A DNA stretch of 64,000 bases from an uncultured Candidatus Saccharibacteria bacterium. GTDB taxonomy: Bacteria > Patescibacteriota > JABMPQ01 > JAQVVF01. This document shows positions 26,461-35,824 of this stretch, piece by piece. The notes under the pieces were generated by a model. The model ran no database searches, was not told the DNA's origin, and saw only the letters and a program-made list of their open reading frames with translations. The stretch is from contig CAZNOH010000001.1 of the NCBI GenBank assembly GCA_964574655.1, positions 137,852 through 201,851 of the forward strand. The letters are read 5' to 3'. Every line of letters begins with the position of its first letter. The stretch's first letter is position 1. The translations under genes and the position numbers were made by a program.

Positions 26461-27228
26461 ATGATCGATACTCATGCGCATTTGGAATCTAGAGATTACG
26501 ATATAGATAGAGAGGCTGTTATAAAGAGATCATTTGATAACGGAGTTGAAAAAATTATTAATATTGGAACAAGTTTGCGAGGATCGTATGAATCGATTGA
26601 TTTAGCTGATTCTTATAAAAACATTTTTGCAAGTGTTGGAATTTTTCCAGAAGAACAAAATAAAATTGATAATGATTTTAAGAAAAAATTTGAAGAATTG
26701 GCTAAAATGAAGAAAGTTGTGGCAATCGGCGAATGTGGATTGGATTATGTAATTTTCAAAAAAGAAGAAACTTTTGAACACCAGAAAGAATTGTTTAAAT
26801 TCCAGCTAGGAATTGCGCAAAAATTAAATTTGCCAGTTATTATCCATGGTCGTGATTCTTATGCTGACATTTTTGAAATTGTGAAATTTGTGAAGTTTGG
26901 AGAAAGACCAGGAGTTGTTCATTGCTATCTTGAAAATTGGGAGATAGCGCAAAATTTTTTGGATTTAGGATTTAATATCTCATTTACTGGCGCGATTACG
27001 TATAAACATAAAGACGAAGTTTTAGAAGTGATCAAAAAAATGCCATTAGATAAAATGATGGTTGAGACTGATTGTCCTTATCTTACACCTCAAGTTTTTC
27101 GAGGACAGAGAAATGAGCCGATGTATGTGAAGTATGTTTTAGAAAAGATAGCCGAGATAAGAAACTTGAGTTTTGAAGAAGTAGAAAAAGCAACCAACAA
27201 GAATGCAACTAAATTATTTAAAATTTAA
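26461..27228 (+). CDS. tatD: TatD-family metal-dependent hydrolase (DNase).
   Basis: MIDTHAHLES...ECGLDY...HGRD...HCY. Confidence 0.85.
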   Translation: MIDTHAHLESRDYDIDREAVIKRSFDNGVEKIINIGTSLRGSYESIDLADSYKNIFASVGIFPEEQNKIDNDFKKKFEELAKMKKVVAIGECGLDYVIFKKEETFEHQKELFKFQLGIAQKLNLPVIIHGRDSYADIFEIVKFVKFGERPGVVHCYLENWEIAQNFLDLGFNISFTGAITYKHKDEVLEVIKKMPLDKMMVETDCPYLTPQVFRGQRNEPMYVKYVLEKIAEIRNLSFEEVEKATNKNATKLFKI

Positions 27229-27242
27229 TTTGTTATAAAAAT

Positions 27243-27455
27243 ATGTCAGTAGAAAAAATTAATATTTTTGGCGATGATGAGGAAAGAGAGACCAATGTTT
27301 CTGATCAAAATGAAGATCAACAAGAAGGACCTCAAAATGGTCCAGAACCGGAATTGGAAATAGTTCCAAGTAAAAAGAAAGAGCCGAAATTGCCGCCATC
27401 AATGAGAATTATTCCAGAGAAGCCTAAAGAGAAAAAGCCAGAAAAACCGAACTAA
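27243..27455 (+). CDS. Hypothetical small acidic N-terminus / Lys-Pro-rich protein (70 aa).
   Basis: ORF only; low complexity. Confidence 0.3.
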   Translation: MSVEKINIFGDDEERETNVSDQNEDQQEGPQNGPEPELEIVPSKKKEPKLPPSMRIIPEKPKEKKPEKPN

Positions 27456-27509
27456 GCTAATTATAAATAACTAAATAACAAAATAACTAAATTTCGTTGA
27501 CTTTATATT

Positions 27510-27614
27510 ATGAAATACGATTTTAAGAAAATTGAACGTAAGTGGCCCCAAACAAATTTTATTATAGTTGCTGTTTGTGGCATTGGATTTAGTCTTGAAT
27601 AAATTTTGTTTTAT
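27510..27614 (+). CDS. 34-codon upstream ORF whose first 12 codons duplicate the leuS start (MKYDFKKIERKW); a possible leader peptide or remnant of a duplication.
   Basis: 27510-27546 matches 27664-27702 except for three synonymous third-position changes (TAC/TAT, GAT/GAC, CGT/CGC). After that it diverges into an insert of about 100 bp flanked by an inverted repeat. Confidence 0.3.
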
Positions 27615-27663
27615 TTTTCTGATTACAGAGAATTTGTTCGGGGCAGGCAATTAGTTTTATTAT

Positions 27664-30600
27664 ATGAAATATGACTTTAAGAAAATTGAACGCAAGTGGC
27701 AGTTAAAATGGGATAAGGAAAAGCTTTATCAAGTTGATGTAAAAAATTCTGCAAAGCCTTTTTATAATTTGATGATGTTTCCATACCCATCAGCAGAAGG
27801 TTTGCATGTTGGAAATATGTATGCTTTTACTGGTTCTGATATTTATGGAAGGTATCAAAGATTAAAAGGTAATGATGTTTTTGAGCCAATTGGTTTGGAT
27901 GGTTTTGGTATTCATTCAGAAAATTTTGCAATTAAAAATAAGATTCATCCAGCAAAAATGGCTTTAAAAACGCAAAAAAGATTTTATGAACAATTGCACA
28001 TGATTGGAAATGCGTATGACTGGCCAAAAACTTTAGAAACTTATGATCCAGAATATTATAAATGGACGCAATGGCTATTTTTGCAAATGTACAAAAAAGG
28101 ATTGGCTTATAAAAAGAAGGCAGCGGTGAATTGGTGTCCTTCATGTATGACTGTTTTGTCTGATGAACAAGTTATAAAAAAGTCAAAAGTCAAAAGTCAA
28201 AAGTCAAAAGTTCAAGTAAAAAATCAAAAGGAATCGAACGAACAAATCGATGTTTGCGAACGTTGTGGGACAGAAGTTATCAAGAAAGAAATGAGCCAAT
28301 GGTTTTTTAAGATTACTGATTATGCTGAAAAATTATTAAAGAATATTGATAAAATAGATTGGACAGAAAAGACAAAATTAGCGCAAAAAAATTGGATTGG
28401 AAGAAGCGAAGGCATAGAAATTAATTATCTAATAAACAGTAAATGCAATTTTGTTTTGCTACATGGCTATACTGGTAGTTCGAAGGATGATTTTTTTCCT
28501 TGGCTAAAAGAAAAATTAGAAAAGCAAGGATGTGACGTTTTTGCGCCAGATTTGCCGAATACAAAAGATCCAAATGAAGATGAGCAGGTTGATTTTGTTT
28601 TAAAAAATGCAAAGTTTGATGAAAATACTATTTTGCTAGGTCATTCATTAGGTGCTGTTGTTGCAATGAAAGTTATGGAAAAATTAGATAATAAAATTGC
28701 GGGTTTGGTTTTGGTTGGTGGTTTTGTCGAGCCAGAATTTAAAGATCATTCAAGATCTTTTACTGATAAATTCAATTGGAAATTTGATTTCGTGAAGATA
28801 AAAAATAGTGCAGATATCATAAATGTTATTAGTGATATAAATGATCATATCATTCCTTTAGAACAAGGTAAGTTATTGAGAGATAAATTGAGTGCAAATT
28901 TGACTGAAACTGTTGCTGAAAAAAATCATTTCAACAATGTCGAAGCCAAAAGTGTTTGGGAAAGTATCTTTCCTGAAATTAAAGTTTTTACAACTAGACC
29001 TGATACAAATTTTGGAGCAACATTTGTTGTTTTGACGCCCGAAAATAAAATCTTAAGCTCTATAACAACTAGTGATCATAAAAGAGAAGTTGATGATTAT
29101 GTTAAAAAATCATTAGAAAAAGGTGAACAAAACAGAATTGAAGAGGGACGAGAAAAAACAGGAGTTTCTACTGGAGCTTATTGTATTAATAGTTTGACAG
29201 GAAAGAAAATGCCGATTTGGGTGTCTGATTTTGTTTTGGGAAATGTAGGTACCGGTGCAGTGGTTGGAGTGCCAGGTCATGATATCAGAGATTTTGAGTT
29301 TGCTAAGAAATTTGAATTGCCAATTATTCGAGTTGTTGTTGGCAAAGATAATGATGTTTCTGAAATTATAGAAGCAAAACAAGTGCAAGAAGAAGAGGGA
29401 AAAATGATTAATTCTGATTTTTTGAATGGTTTAGATATTCATGACGCGACTAAAAAAATTATGGATTATTTGGAAGAGAAAGGCTGGGGTAAAAAAGTTG
29501 TGAATTACAAATTACGTGATTGGTGTATTTCTAGACAAAGATTTTGGGGACCGCCAATTCCAATTGTTTATTGTGATAATTGCAAAAAAAACATTGAAGA
29601 AAAATCTTTTGAATTAAGATTTCGTGATAAAAATAGTTTTGCTGATTTAAAAAGTGGTTTAAAGACAGTTGAATCAAGAGCTTTAAATCCAGAAGAAAAA
29701 GACAGATATTTTGGAAATTTGAAAATTGGTGATTATATTAAGGCTTTGTCAAAGATAACCGGAGAAAAATTATATTTTGAAATTACGAAGATTTATAATT
29801 TTAAAAATCTTAATGAATTATTTGAAGAAAAAGAATTATTGACAAAGATATTGCCGAACAAAACAATTAATTCAGTAAATGATTTAGAAAAATTATATGT
29901 TTTTAATGATGAATATTTGGCAAAAATAAATGAGAATGGTTTAATTGCTTGGGAAATTAAAAATGTTGAGCCTGGAGTTTTAGCTGTTCCTGAAAAAGAT
30001 TTGCCAGTGATGTTGCCAAAGACTGATGATTACTTGCCTGACGGAACTGATCGATCTCCTCTTGCTCGAAATTCCGAATTTGTTAATACAAAATGTCCAA
30101 AGTGTGGAGGAGATGCAAAAAGAGAAACTGATGTGTCAGATACATTTTTGGATTCATCTTGGTATTTTTTGAGATATCCAAGTGTTGATATAAAAGATCA
30201 GCCTTTTGATAAAGATATTACAAAAAAATGGTTGCCAGTTGATATGTATATTGGCGGACATGAACATGCTGTACTTCATTTGCTTTATACAAGATTTGTA
30301 ACAATGGTTTTGCATGATTTAGGGATGATAGATTTTGAAGAGCCTTTTAAAAAATTCAGAGCGCATGGTTTGATTATTAAAGATGGTGCAAAGATGTCAA
30401 AATCAAAAGGCAATGTTGTAAATCCAGATATATATATTGAGAGATATGGTGCTGATGTATTGAGAACATATTTAATGTTTATTGGGCCGTTGAAGCAAGG
30501 TGGTGATTTTCGAGATGAGGGAGTGGTTGGTATAGAAAGGTTTTTTGGTCGCTTATATTATTTAGTTAACGAATTTATAAAGAGTCCCAGCCTAAAGGCT

Positions 30601-31116
30601 GGGCTACAAGATGGATTTGTAATTGAGAGAAATAAACTGATTAAAAAGGCAACTCATGATATTGAGGAATTGGATTATAATACGATCATTGCTTCTTTGA
30701 TGGAATTTTTGAATTTGTTAGATAAAAATAAAGAGAAAGTTGCAAAAATTGATTTGGAAACGTTAATTATTATTTTGTCTTCTTTTGCGCCTCATTTTTG
30801 TGAAGAAATGTGGTCCACCTTCGCCTCAGTTCCTTCGGCTACGGCGGATAAAAGAGATTTGGATAAATATAAGCAATCAGTTTTTAGGCAGAAATGGCCG
30901 GAATTTGATGAAAGTAAAATGAAAGAAGAAAAAGTAAAATTAATTATTCAGGTAAATGGCAAAGTGAGAGATTTCGTGGAAGTCGAGATCGATATCTCTG
31001 AAAGTAAGGCGAGTGAATTAGTACAAAAACGAGAAAAAATTATGAAATTTATTGTTGGAAAAAAGATCAAGAAAATGATATTTGTAAAAGGCAGATTGAT
31101 AAATATCGTGTTATAA
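27664..31116 (+). CDS. leuS: Leucyl-tRNA synthetase with two inserted domains. An RBBP9/YdeN-type serine hydrolase (about 190 aa; LLHGYTGSS...GHSLG...DHI) sits at the CP1 entry between NWIGRSEG and TTRPDT. An ASCH-like domain (about 130 aa; GLKTVESR, i.e. GxKxxExR) sits at the leucyl-specific-domain position. The HIGH motif reads HVGN.
   Basis: PYPSAEGLHVGN, NWIGRSEGIEINY...VFTTRPDTNFGATFVVL, KMSKSKGN. It is 1150 aa against about 860 for E. coli LeuRS. There is a heptanucleotide repeat (AAAAGTC)x4 at 28186-28220. GC-rich hairpin elements lie in frame at 30586-30603 and 30814-30854. Confidence 0.9.
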   Translation: MKYDFKKIERKWQLKWDKEKLYQVDVKNSAKPFYNLMMFPYPSAEGLHVGNMYAFTGSDIYGRYQRLKGNDVFEPIGLDGFGIHSENFAIKNKIHPAKMALKTQKRFYEQLHMIGNAYDWPKTLETYDPEYYKWTQWLFLQMYKKGLAYKKKAAVNWCPSCMTVLSDEQVIKKSKVKSQKSKVQVKNQKESNEQIDVCERCGTEVIKKEMSQWFFKITDYAEKLLKNIDKIDWTEKTKLAQKNWIGRSEGIEINYLINSKCNFVLLHGYTGSSKDDFFPWLKEKLEKQGCDVFAPDLPNTKDPNEDEQVDFVLKNAKFDENTILLGHSLGAVVAMKVMEKLDNKIAGLVLVGGFVEPEFKDHSRSFTDKFNWKFDFVKIKNSADIINVISDINDHIIPLEQGKLLRDKLSANLTETVAEKNHFNNVEAKSVWESIFPEIKVFTTRPDTNFGATFVVLTPENKILSSITTSDHKREVDDYVKKSLEKGEQNRIEEGREKTGVSTGAYCINSLTGKKMPIWVSDFVLGNVGTGAVVGVPGHDIRDFEFAKKFELPIIRVVVGKDNDVSEIIEAKQVQEEEGKMINSDFLNGLDIHDATKKIMDYLEEKGWGKKVVNYKLRDWCISRQRFWGPPIPIVYCDNCKKNIEEKSFELRFRDKNSFADLKSGLKTVESRALNPEEKDRYFGNLKIGDYIKALSKITGEKLYFEITKIYNFKNLNELFEEKELLTKILPNKTINSVNDLEKLYVFNDEYLAKINENGLIAWEIKNVEPGVLAVPEKDLPVMLPKTDDYLPDGTDRSPLARNSEFVNTKCPKCGGDAKRETDVSDTFLDSSWYFLRYPSVDIKDQPFDKDITKKWLPVDMYIGGHEHAVLHLLYTRFVTMVLHDLGMIDFEEPFKKFRAHGLIIKDGAKMSKSKGNVVNPDIYIERYGADVLRTYLMFIGPLKQGGDFRDEGVVGIERFFGRLYYLVNEFIKSPSLKAGLQDGFVIERNKLIKKATHDIEELDYNTIIASLMEFLNLLDKNKEKVAKIDLETLIIILSSFAPHFCEEMWSTFASVPSATADKRDLDKYKQSVFRQKWPEFDESKMKEEKVKLIIQVNGKVRDFVEVEIDISESKASELVQKREKIMKFIVGKKIKKMIFVKGRLINIVL

Positions 31117-31196
31117 CACACTAATGTGACGCTAATAACACTAATTAACACTAATAAAAAATCCGCCTTCGTTCTGCTGAACTTCGGCGGACAAAG

Positions 31197-31226
31197 AAAA
31201 AAGTCCAATGTGAGTTGGACTTTTGT
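31197..31226. terminator. Intrinsic terminator (AAAAAGTCCAA-tgtgag-TTGGACTTTT) after leuS; it probably works in both directions, also serving udk.
   Basis: 10-bp stem with A-run/T-run flanks. The hairpin element at 31162-31196 lies just upstream. Confidence 0.65.
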
Positions 31227-31235
31227 ATGAATGAG

Positions 31236-31916
31236 CTATTTTCTTTTGTGCGATCTTTTTGCTTTTTGCTGTGATTTAGTGAGCAATAGATATTTTAACC
31301 AGCCGATAATGATTGAGATTCCTATTTCGTTAAAGATGCCCTTGTTTGGAATAGTTATGTCGGCATGGAGTTCTGTTGGTTTGAAATGAATGATGTAGGC
31401 TTCTCGAACTTGATGCCATTGAGTACGAACTGATCCATCGGTTCTGCCACGGCCGCCTTCTTCGATTGACCTTACATCTCTTTCTTGTCGGCGGATAAGA
31501 CAGGTGTCCAGATCAGCGTCAACGAAGAATTTGTAATCAGCAAGTTTTCTTAGCACTTCATGCCATAGTGCCATATGGCTGTTTAGAATAACAATTGGTT
31601 TTGGTTTGGCTGTTCTTTCTCGACCAGGAATTCTGGTATGTGTGGCAAAGTCATATTTGGGGATGGTTGCTTCCTTGCCTTCTTTGAGACACATTACTGC
31701 GTGTAAAATTGCGAACCAGTCTAAAGAATTAGGATTGTCAAAATCTACCTTATGACGTTCTTCTATTGGAATATCACCCAAATCTTTGTAAAACATATCA
31801 AGTTCTATATGTTCAACATTCTCTTTACCAATTTCCCCGACGATTCTATTGGCAACTTCATTTTTTCCAGAGCCACTTGCACCAGCTAGTAAAATAATTA
31901 TTGGTTTGATTGCCAC
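31236..31916 (-). CDS. udk: Uridine kinase / PRK-family nucleoside kinase.
   Basis: P-loop LLAGASGSGK, plus LIRRQERDV...RGR resembling the uridine kinase RRxxRD..ERGR block. Confidence 0.7.
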   Translation of the reverse strand: MAIKPIIILLAGASGSGKNEVANRIVGEIGKENVEHIELDMFYKDLGDIPIEERHKVDFDNPNSLDWFAILHAVMCLKEGKEATIPKYDFATHTRIPGRERTAKPKPIVILNSHMALWHEVLRKLADYKFFVDADLDTCLIRRQERDVRSIEEGGRGRTDGSVRTQWHQVREAYIIHFKPTELHADITIPNKGIFNEIGISIIIGWLKYLLLTKSQQKAKRSHKRK

Positions 31917-31992
31917 TTTTTCCTCCTTTGTGAGAGTGCGAGAAAAGTCTTGTTTAAATCATATTAAGATATTAGAATAGTTCGTCAAGAGG

Positions 31993-32037
31993 AATCGCTG
32001 ATTTTACGCTGATTCTGACGCTGAAAAACGCTGATAA
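31993..32037. promoter_or_regulatory. Four direct repeats of CGCTGA at 10-12-bp spacing (31996, 32007, 32019, 32029), helically phased, just upstream of the 32048 gene and divergent from udk; a candidate regulator binding array.
   Basis: I read it directly. Confidence 0.4.
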
Positions 32038-32047
32038 CTTTTTTTAT

Positions 32048-32848
32048 ATGCGAAAAGCGTTAAAAATTGTATTTGTTATTTTAATTTTGGCTATATTATT
32101 AGCCTTGGATTTGTTGTTGGTTAGAATGTTTCAGCCTCGTGAATTATTGATAACAAAAGAATCACTAGTTTTGGAAAATAATAATCAAGCTGTTTTAGAA
32201 AATGTTGAGAAAGTTGTGAAACAAAAGCCAGTTAAGAAAGAAGTTGTTATTCCAGCAAGTTGTGATTTAGAAGTGCCATTTACTTGTCAGTCTCCTTATC
32301 AAAACTGGAATATGCCATGGCAGGAGGCTTGTGAAGAGGCATCTTTGATAATGCTTGATCATTATTTGAAAGACGAATATTTGAATTTAGAAATTCCTAA
32401 AGATGTTGCGAATCAAGAAATATTAGATATGGTTGATTGGCAATTAGCTAATTGGGGTGGACATTTTGATTTGAAAGCAGAAGATATTGCCAGATTAGCA
32501 AAAGAGTATTATGGTTATAAGAATGTTGAAGTTAAGTATGATATTACAATTGATGATATTAAAAAAGAATTGGCACAAGGAAATGCGGTGCTAGTGCCAA
32601 CTGCTGGGCAAATGTTAGCTAATCCTCATTTTACTGCGCCTGGACCTGTTTATCATAATTTGGTTATTGTTGGTTTTGATGAGAATGGATTTATTACAAA
32701 TGATCCTGGAGTGTGGCAAGGATTTAAATTCAGATATACTTTTGATAATTTGTATAATGCAATTCATGATTTTGTTGAAGGAACAACTAAATCAAATCCA
32801 GATCCGATTTTGAATGGCAGGAAAGCGATGATAGTTATAAAGTTGTAA
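32048..32848 (+). CDS. Membrane-anchored C39-like cysteine peptidase domain protein (Peptidase_C39_2-like; Cys in QEACEEASLIML, His in HNLVIVGFDENG).
   Basis: N-terminal transmembrane anchor plus a papain-like Cys/His pattern; family call is moderate. Confidence 0.45.
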   Translation: MRKALKIVFVILILAILLALDLLLVRMFQPRELLITKESLVLENNNQAVLENVEKVVKQKPVKKEVVIPASCDLEVPFTCQSPYQNWNMPWQEACEEASLIMLDHYLKDEYLNLEIPKDVANQEILDMVDWQLANWGGHFDLKAEDIARLAKEYYGYKNVEVKYDITIDDIKKELAQGNAVLVPTAGQMLANPHFTAPGPVYHNLVIVGFDENGFITNDPGVWQGFKFRYTFDNLYNAIHDFVEGTTKSNPDPILNGRKAMIVIKL

Positions 32849-32966
32849 AGTTCTTAAAGCCTGCCTGCCGGTAGGCAGGTTATAAAGTAAAAAAGATATT
32901 AAGATATTGTACTTTGAAAATTGAACCTGTCTGAGTTTGGACAGGCAAGAAAAGGAGGAGACGGGA

Positions 32967-33491
32967 ATGGCTGAAAAAAGGGAAGGAATGATTTTTGTAT
33001 GCAAGGCAATGCCTTTGTATTTCATAATTGTTGCCGACTATATTAGTCGTATTTTCACGTATGAAAGGCAAAGGTATACTGGATTTTTACAAGAATCAAA
33101 AGATTTGTTGTGGCATTTTAATCTGAAGAGTGGTTTGATGTACGTGTCGGATGAAAAGATGTATGAATTTTATCTTCCTGATACTGAAGTTGGAAAAGCG
33201 GCAAGAAGATTGTTTGAAATGATTCTTCTAGAATTACAAGTACAACTAGGCTTGATGATCAGTCAGGTTCAGAGTGTCCAGACAGAAAGAAAAACGGGAA
33301 TGGCTGAAAAAGATCATCAGCGTAAAAGTGAATGTCGAAGTGCTAAACCGAGAATTGGGAAGTGCAAATGGGTAAAAGATGGGAATGCTTGTGATTCTTG
33401 TCCTTATGATAGTACTTGTCTTAGGCTTTCATACTGTAGAGATGTGGGAAATAGTGATGATTGCAAGTCTTGTCCTTTGGAAAGTTTATAA
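32967..33491 (+). CDS. Hypothetical protein with a Cys-rich C-terminus (CKWVKDGNACDSCPYDSTCLRLSYCRDVGNSDDCKSCP), preceded by the Shine-Dalgarno sequence AAAAGGAGGAGACGGGAATG.
   Basis: The supplied ORF 32937 was trimmed to the ATG that follows the strong Shine-Dalgarno site. Confidence 0.45.
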   Translation: MAEKREGMIFVCKAMPLYFIIVADYISRIFTYERQRYTGFLQESKDLLWHFNLKSGLMYVSDEKMYEFYLPDTEVGKAARRLFEMILLELQVQLGLMISQVQSVQTERKTGMAEKDHQRKSECRSAKPRIGKCKWVKDGNACDSCPYDSTCLRLSYCRDVGNSDDCKSCPLESL

Positions 33492-33540
33492 GGTTTATGT
33501 TTGAGTTTTGACCTGAACAGGGAAAAGGAGGAGACGAGAA

Positions 33541-33806
33541 TGGTTAAAAGAGATCCGATTGTAATTGAATTCCATTATACTTTAGCACATTCTTTGTTGG
33601 AAATTGTTAAGGAAACTTTGAGCAACGATAGTCCATTAATTGGCAGGCTTGTTGTAGCGATTGGGAATAATGCAAGAGGAAAGGGTGAGATAGCTTGTGT
33701 TAAGTTTTCCAATGACAGGGAAGGTAGAAAAGAATTGGAAGATTTTAAAAAAGTTTCTCAGCTTTTGGAGGAAAGAGTTAAGGAGTTCTTTGGATATTTG
33801 GCCTAG
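33541..33806 (+). CDS. Hypothetical protein (88 aa), preceded by the near-identical Shine-Dalgarno context AAAAGGAGGAGACGAGAATG.
   Basis: The supplied ORF 33501 was trimmed. A terminator CCAGTT-tttata-AACTGG + T7 follows at 33807-33832. Confidence 0.4.
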
Positions 33807-33959
33807 CCAGTTTTTATAACTGGTTTTTTTATGTCTTGAAGTTGTCTTTAAAATATATTAAAATAATATAACTAGTAGTTTAATTTTATTACTTTTCCAC
33901 CCTACGTCTGCCTGCCGGTAGGCAGGGGTGGTCACCCGAAGGGTGATAACTTTTAACTT

Positions 33960-35777
33960 ATGTGTGGAATTATAGCTTATATAGGAGATAAAAAAGTAGC
34001 GCCGATTTTGGTTGATGGTTTGAAAAAATTAGAATATCGTGGATATGATTCTTGGGGTTTGGCAACTATCAGTGATGGTAAAATTAATTTTGTAAAAAGT
34101 GTCGGTAGAATTGGCGATAATTTAGAAATGACAAATCTTTCAGGAACAATTGGCATGGGCCATACAAGATGGGCAACTCATGGAGGAGTAACAGATCAAA
34201 ATGCTCATCCACATCTTGATTGTGAAGGAAAAATTGCGGTAATTCATAATGGCATTATTGAAAATTTTGCCAAGCTAAAAGAGCAATTAATTAGTGAAGG
34301 CCATAAATTTAGGTCAGAAACTGATACTGAAGTTTTGGCTCATTTGATTGAAAAATATTATGAAGGAAATTTAAAAGAAGCAGTAAGACGTGCATTGCTA
34401 TGCGTTGATGGAACATATGGAATTGTGGTTATTTCGTCGCTAGAGCCTGATAGAATTGTGGCTGCTCGTCATGGCAGTCCATTAGTTGTTGGAGTTGGCG
34501 AGGGCGAAAATTATTTTGCATCTGATGCAACAGCTTTGATTCCTTACACAAAGAAAGTAGTATATATAGAAGAAAACGAAATCGTGGAAATTACAAAAGA
34601 AGGTTTCTACACTATAACAATTGATGATAAAAAAGTTGATTCGAAAATACATGAAATTGATTGGCAAGCTGATTTGGCGGAAAAAAAAGGATTTAATCAT
34701 TTCATGTTGAAAGAAATCTTTGAACAGCCAAAAATAATGGAGAATGCGCTTGCTGGCAGAGTAGTGTCTTCAGAGGGTGTTGCGCATTTGGGAGGCTTAA
34801 ATTTAACCACAGCCGAATTATTGAAAGTTAAAAGAATTGTTTTTATTGCTTGTGGTACTGCTTTGCATGCTGGATTGGTTGGAAAATATATGATAGAGGA
34901 ATGTGCTTCTATTCCTTGTGAAGTAGAATGCGCTTCAGAATTGCGTTACAAAAGAATTTTGTTAGATAAAGATACTTTGGTTTTTGTTATCTCGCAATCT
35001 GGTGAAACAGCTGACACAATTGCAGCAATGAGAGAAATTCAGCGAAAGGGAATCAAAGTTTTGGGAATTTCTAATGTTGTTGGATCAACAATTGCTCGCG
35101 AAACTGATGGCGGAGTTTTTGTTCATGCTGGACCAGAAATTGGAGTTGCTTCAACTAAAGCTTTTTTGGCACAAATTACAGTATTATCAATTTTGGCATT
35201 GGAATTTGGTAGAGTGAGAAATTTGTCTTTCATGGAAGGAAAAAATATTGCTGAAGAGATTAAAAAGATTCCGGAAAAAATTAAGAAGATTCTTGAACAA
35301 AATGACAAGATAAAAAATTTGGCAGAAAAATATCGAGATTATAAAAATTTCTTATATCTTGGCAGAAGATTTAATTATCCTCTAGCCTTAGAAGGCGCTT
35401 TGAAGATGAAAGAAATTTCTTATGTTCATGCCGAAGGTTATTCAGCTGGCGAGATGAAACATGGCGCAATTGCAATGATTGATGAAAATTTTCCATGTGT
35501 TTTTATTGCTCCGAAAGATAGTGTTTATGATAAAACAGTTAGTAATATGCAGGAAATTAAGGCAAGAAATGGTAAAATTATTGCAGTGACAACAGAAGAA
35601 AATTATGAAATTGAAAAATATACTGATGATGTAATTTATATTCCAGAAACTTTGGAAATGCTAGAGCCGTTGTTGACTATTATTCCAATGCAACTATTGG
35701 CATATCATATGGCAGAAATCAAAGGTTTGGATGTGGATAAACCGAGGAATTTGGCGAAGTCTGTAACTGTTGAATAA
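33960..35777 (+). CDS. glmS: Glutamine--fructose-6-phosphate aminotransferase.
   Basis: MCGIIAYIG N-terminal nucleophile and two SIS domains. The 5' UTR carries the hairpins CTGCCTGCC-ggta-GGCAGG (33908-33926) and TCACCC-gaa-GGGTGA (33927-33950). Confidence 0.9.
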   Translation: MCGIIAYIGDKKVAPILVDGLKKLEYRGYDSWGLATISDGKINFVKSVGRIGDNLEMTNLSGTIGMGHTRWATHGGVTDQNAHPHLDCEGKIAVIHNGIIENFAKLKEQLISEGHKFRSETDTEVLAHLIEKYYEGNLKEAVRRALLCVDGTYGIVVISSLEPDRIVAARHGSPLVVGVGEGENYFASDATALIPYTKKVVYIEENEIVEITKEGFYTITIDDKKVDSKIHEIDWQADLAEKKGFNHFMLKEIFEQPKIMENALAGRVVSSEGVAHLGGLNLTTAELLKVKRIVFIACGTALHAGLVGKYMIEECASIPCEVECASELRYKRILLDKDTLVFVISQSGETADTIAAMREIQRKGIKVLGISNVVGSTIARETDGGVFVHAGPEIGVASTKAFLAQITVLSILALEFGRVRNLSFMEGKNIAEEIKKIPEKIKKILEQNDKIKNLAEKYRDYKNFLYLGRRFNYPLALEGALKMKEISYVHAEGYSAGEMKHGAIAMIDENFPCVFIAPKDSVYDKTVSNMQEIKARNGKIIAVTTEENYEIEKYTDDVIYIPETLEMLEPLLTIIPMQLLAYHMAEIKGLDVDKPRNLAKSVTVE

Positions 35778-35824
35778 TTTCTCTAATATAATCTCTAATA
35801 CGTCGAATACGATCTCTAATAATA

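Noticed and set aside
27549-27651. Insert of about 100 bp flanked by an inverted repeat in the leuS leader, considered as a group I/II intron.
   Set aside because: It is far too short for a self-splicing intron and lacks an intron-encoded ORF. It is more consistent with a miniature inverted-repeat element or leader structure.
28186-28220. Tandem repeats considered as a possible CRISPR array (the leuS heptamer repeats and the AAGTTAAA repeats in ileS at 9620-9655).
   Set aside because: The units are 7-8 nt with no spacers, lie inside intact reading frames, and there are no cas genes. They are simple sequence repeats, not CRISPR.
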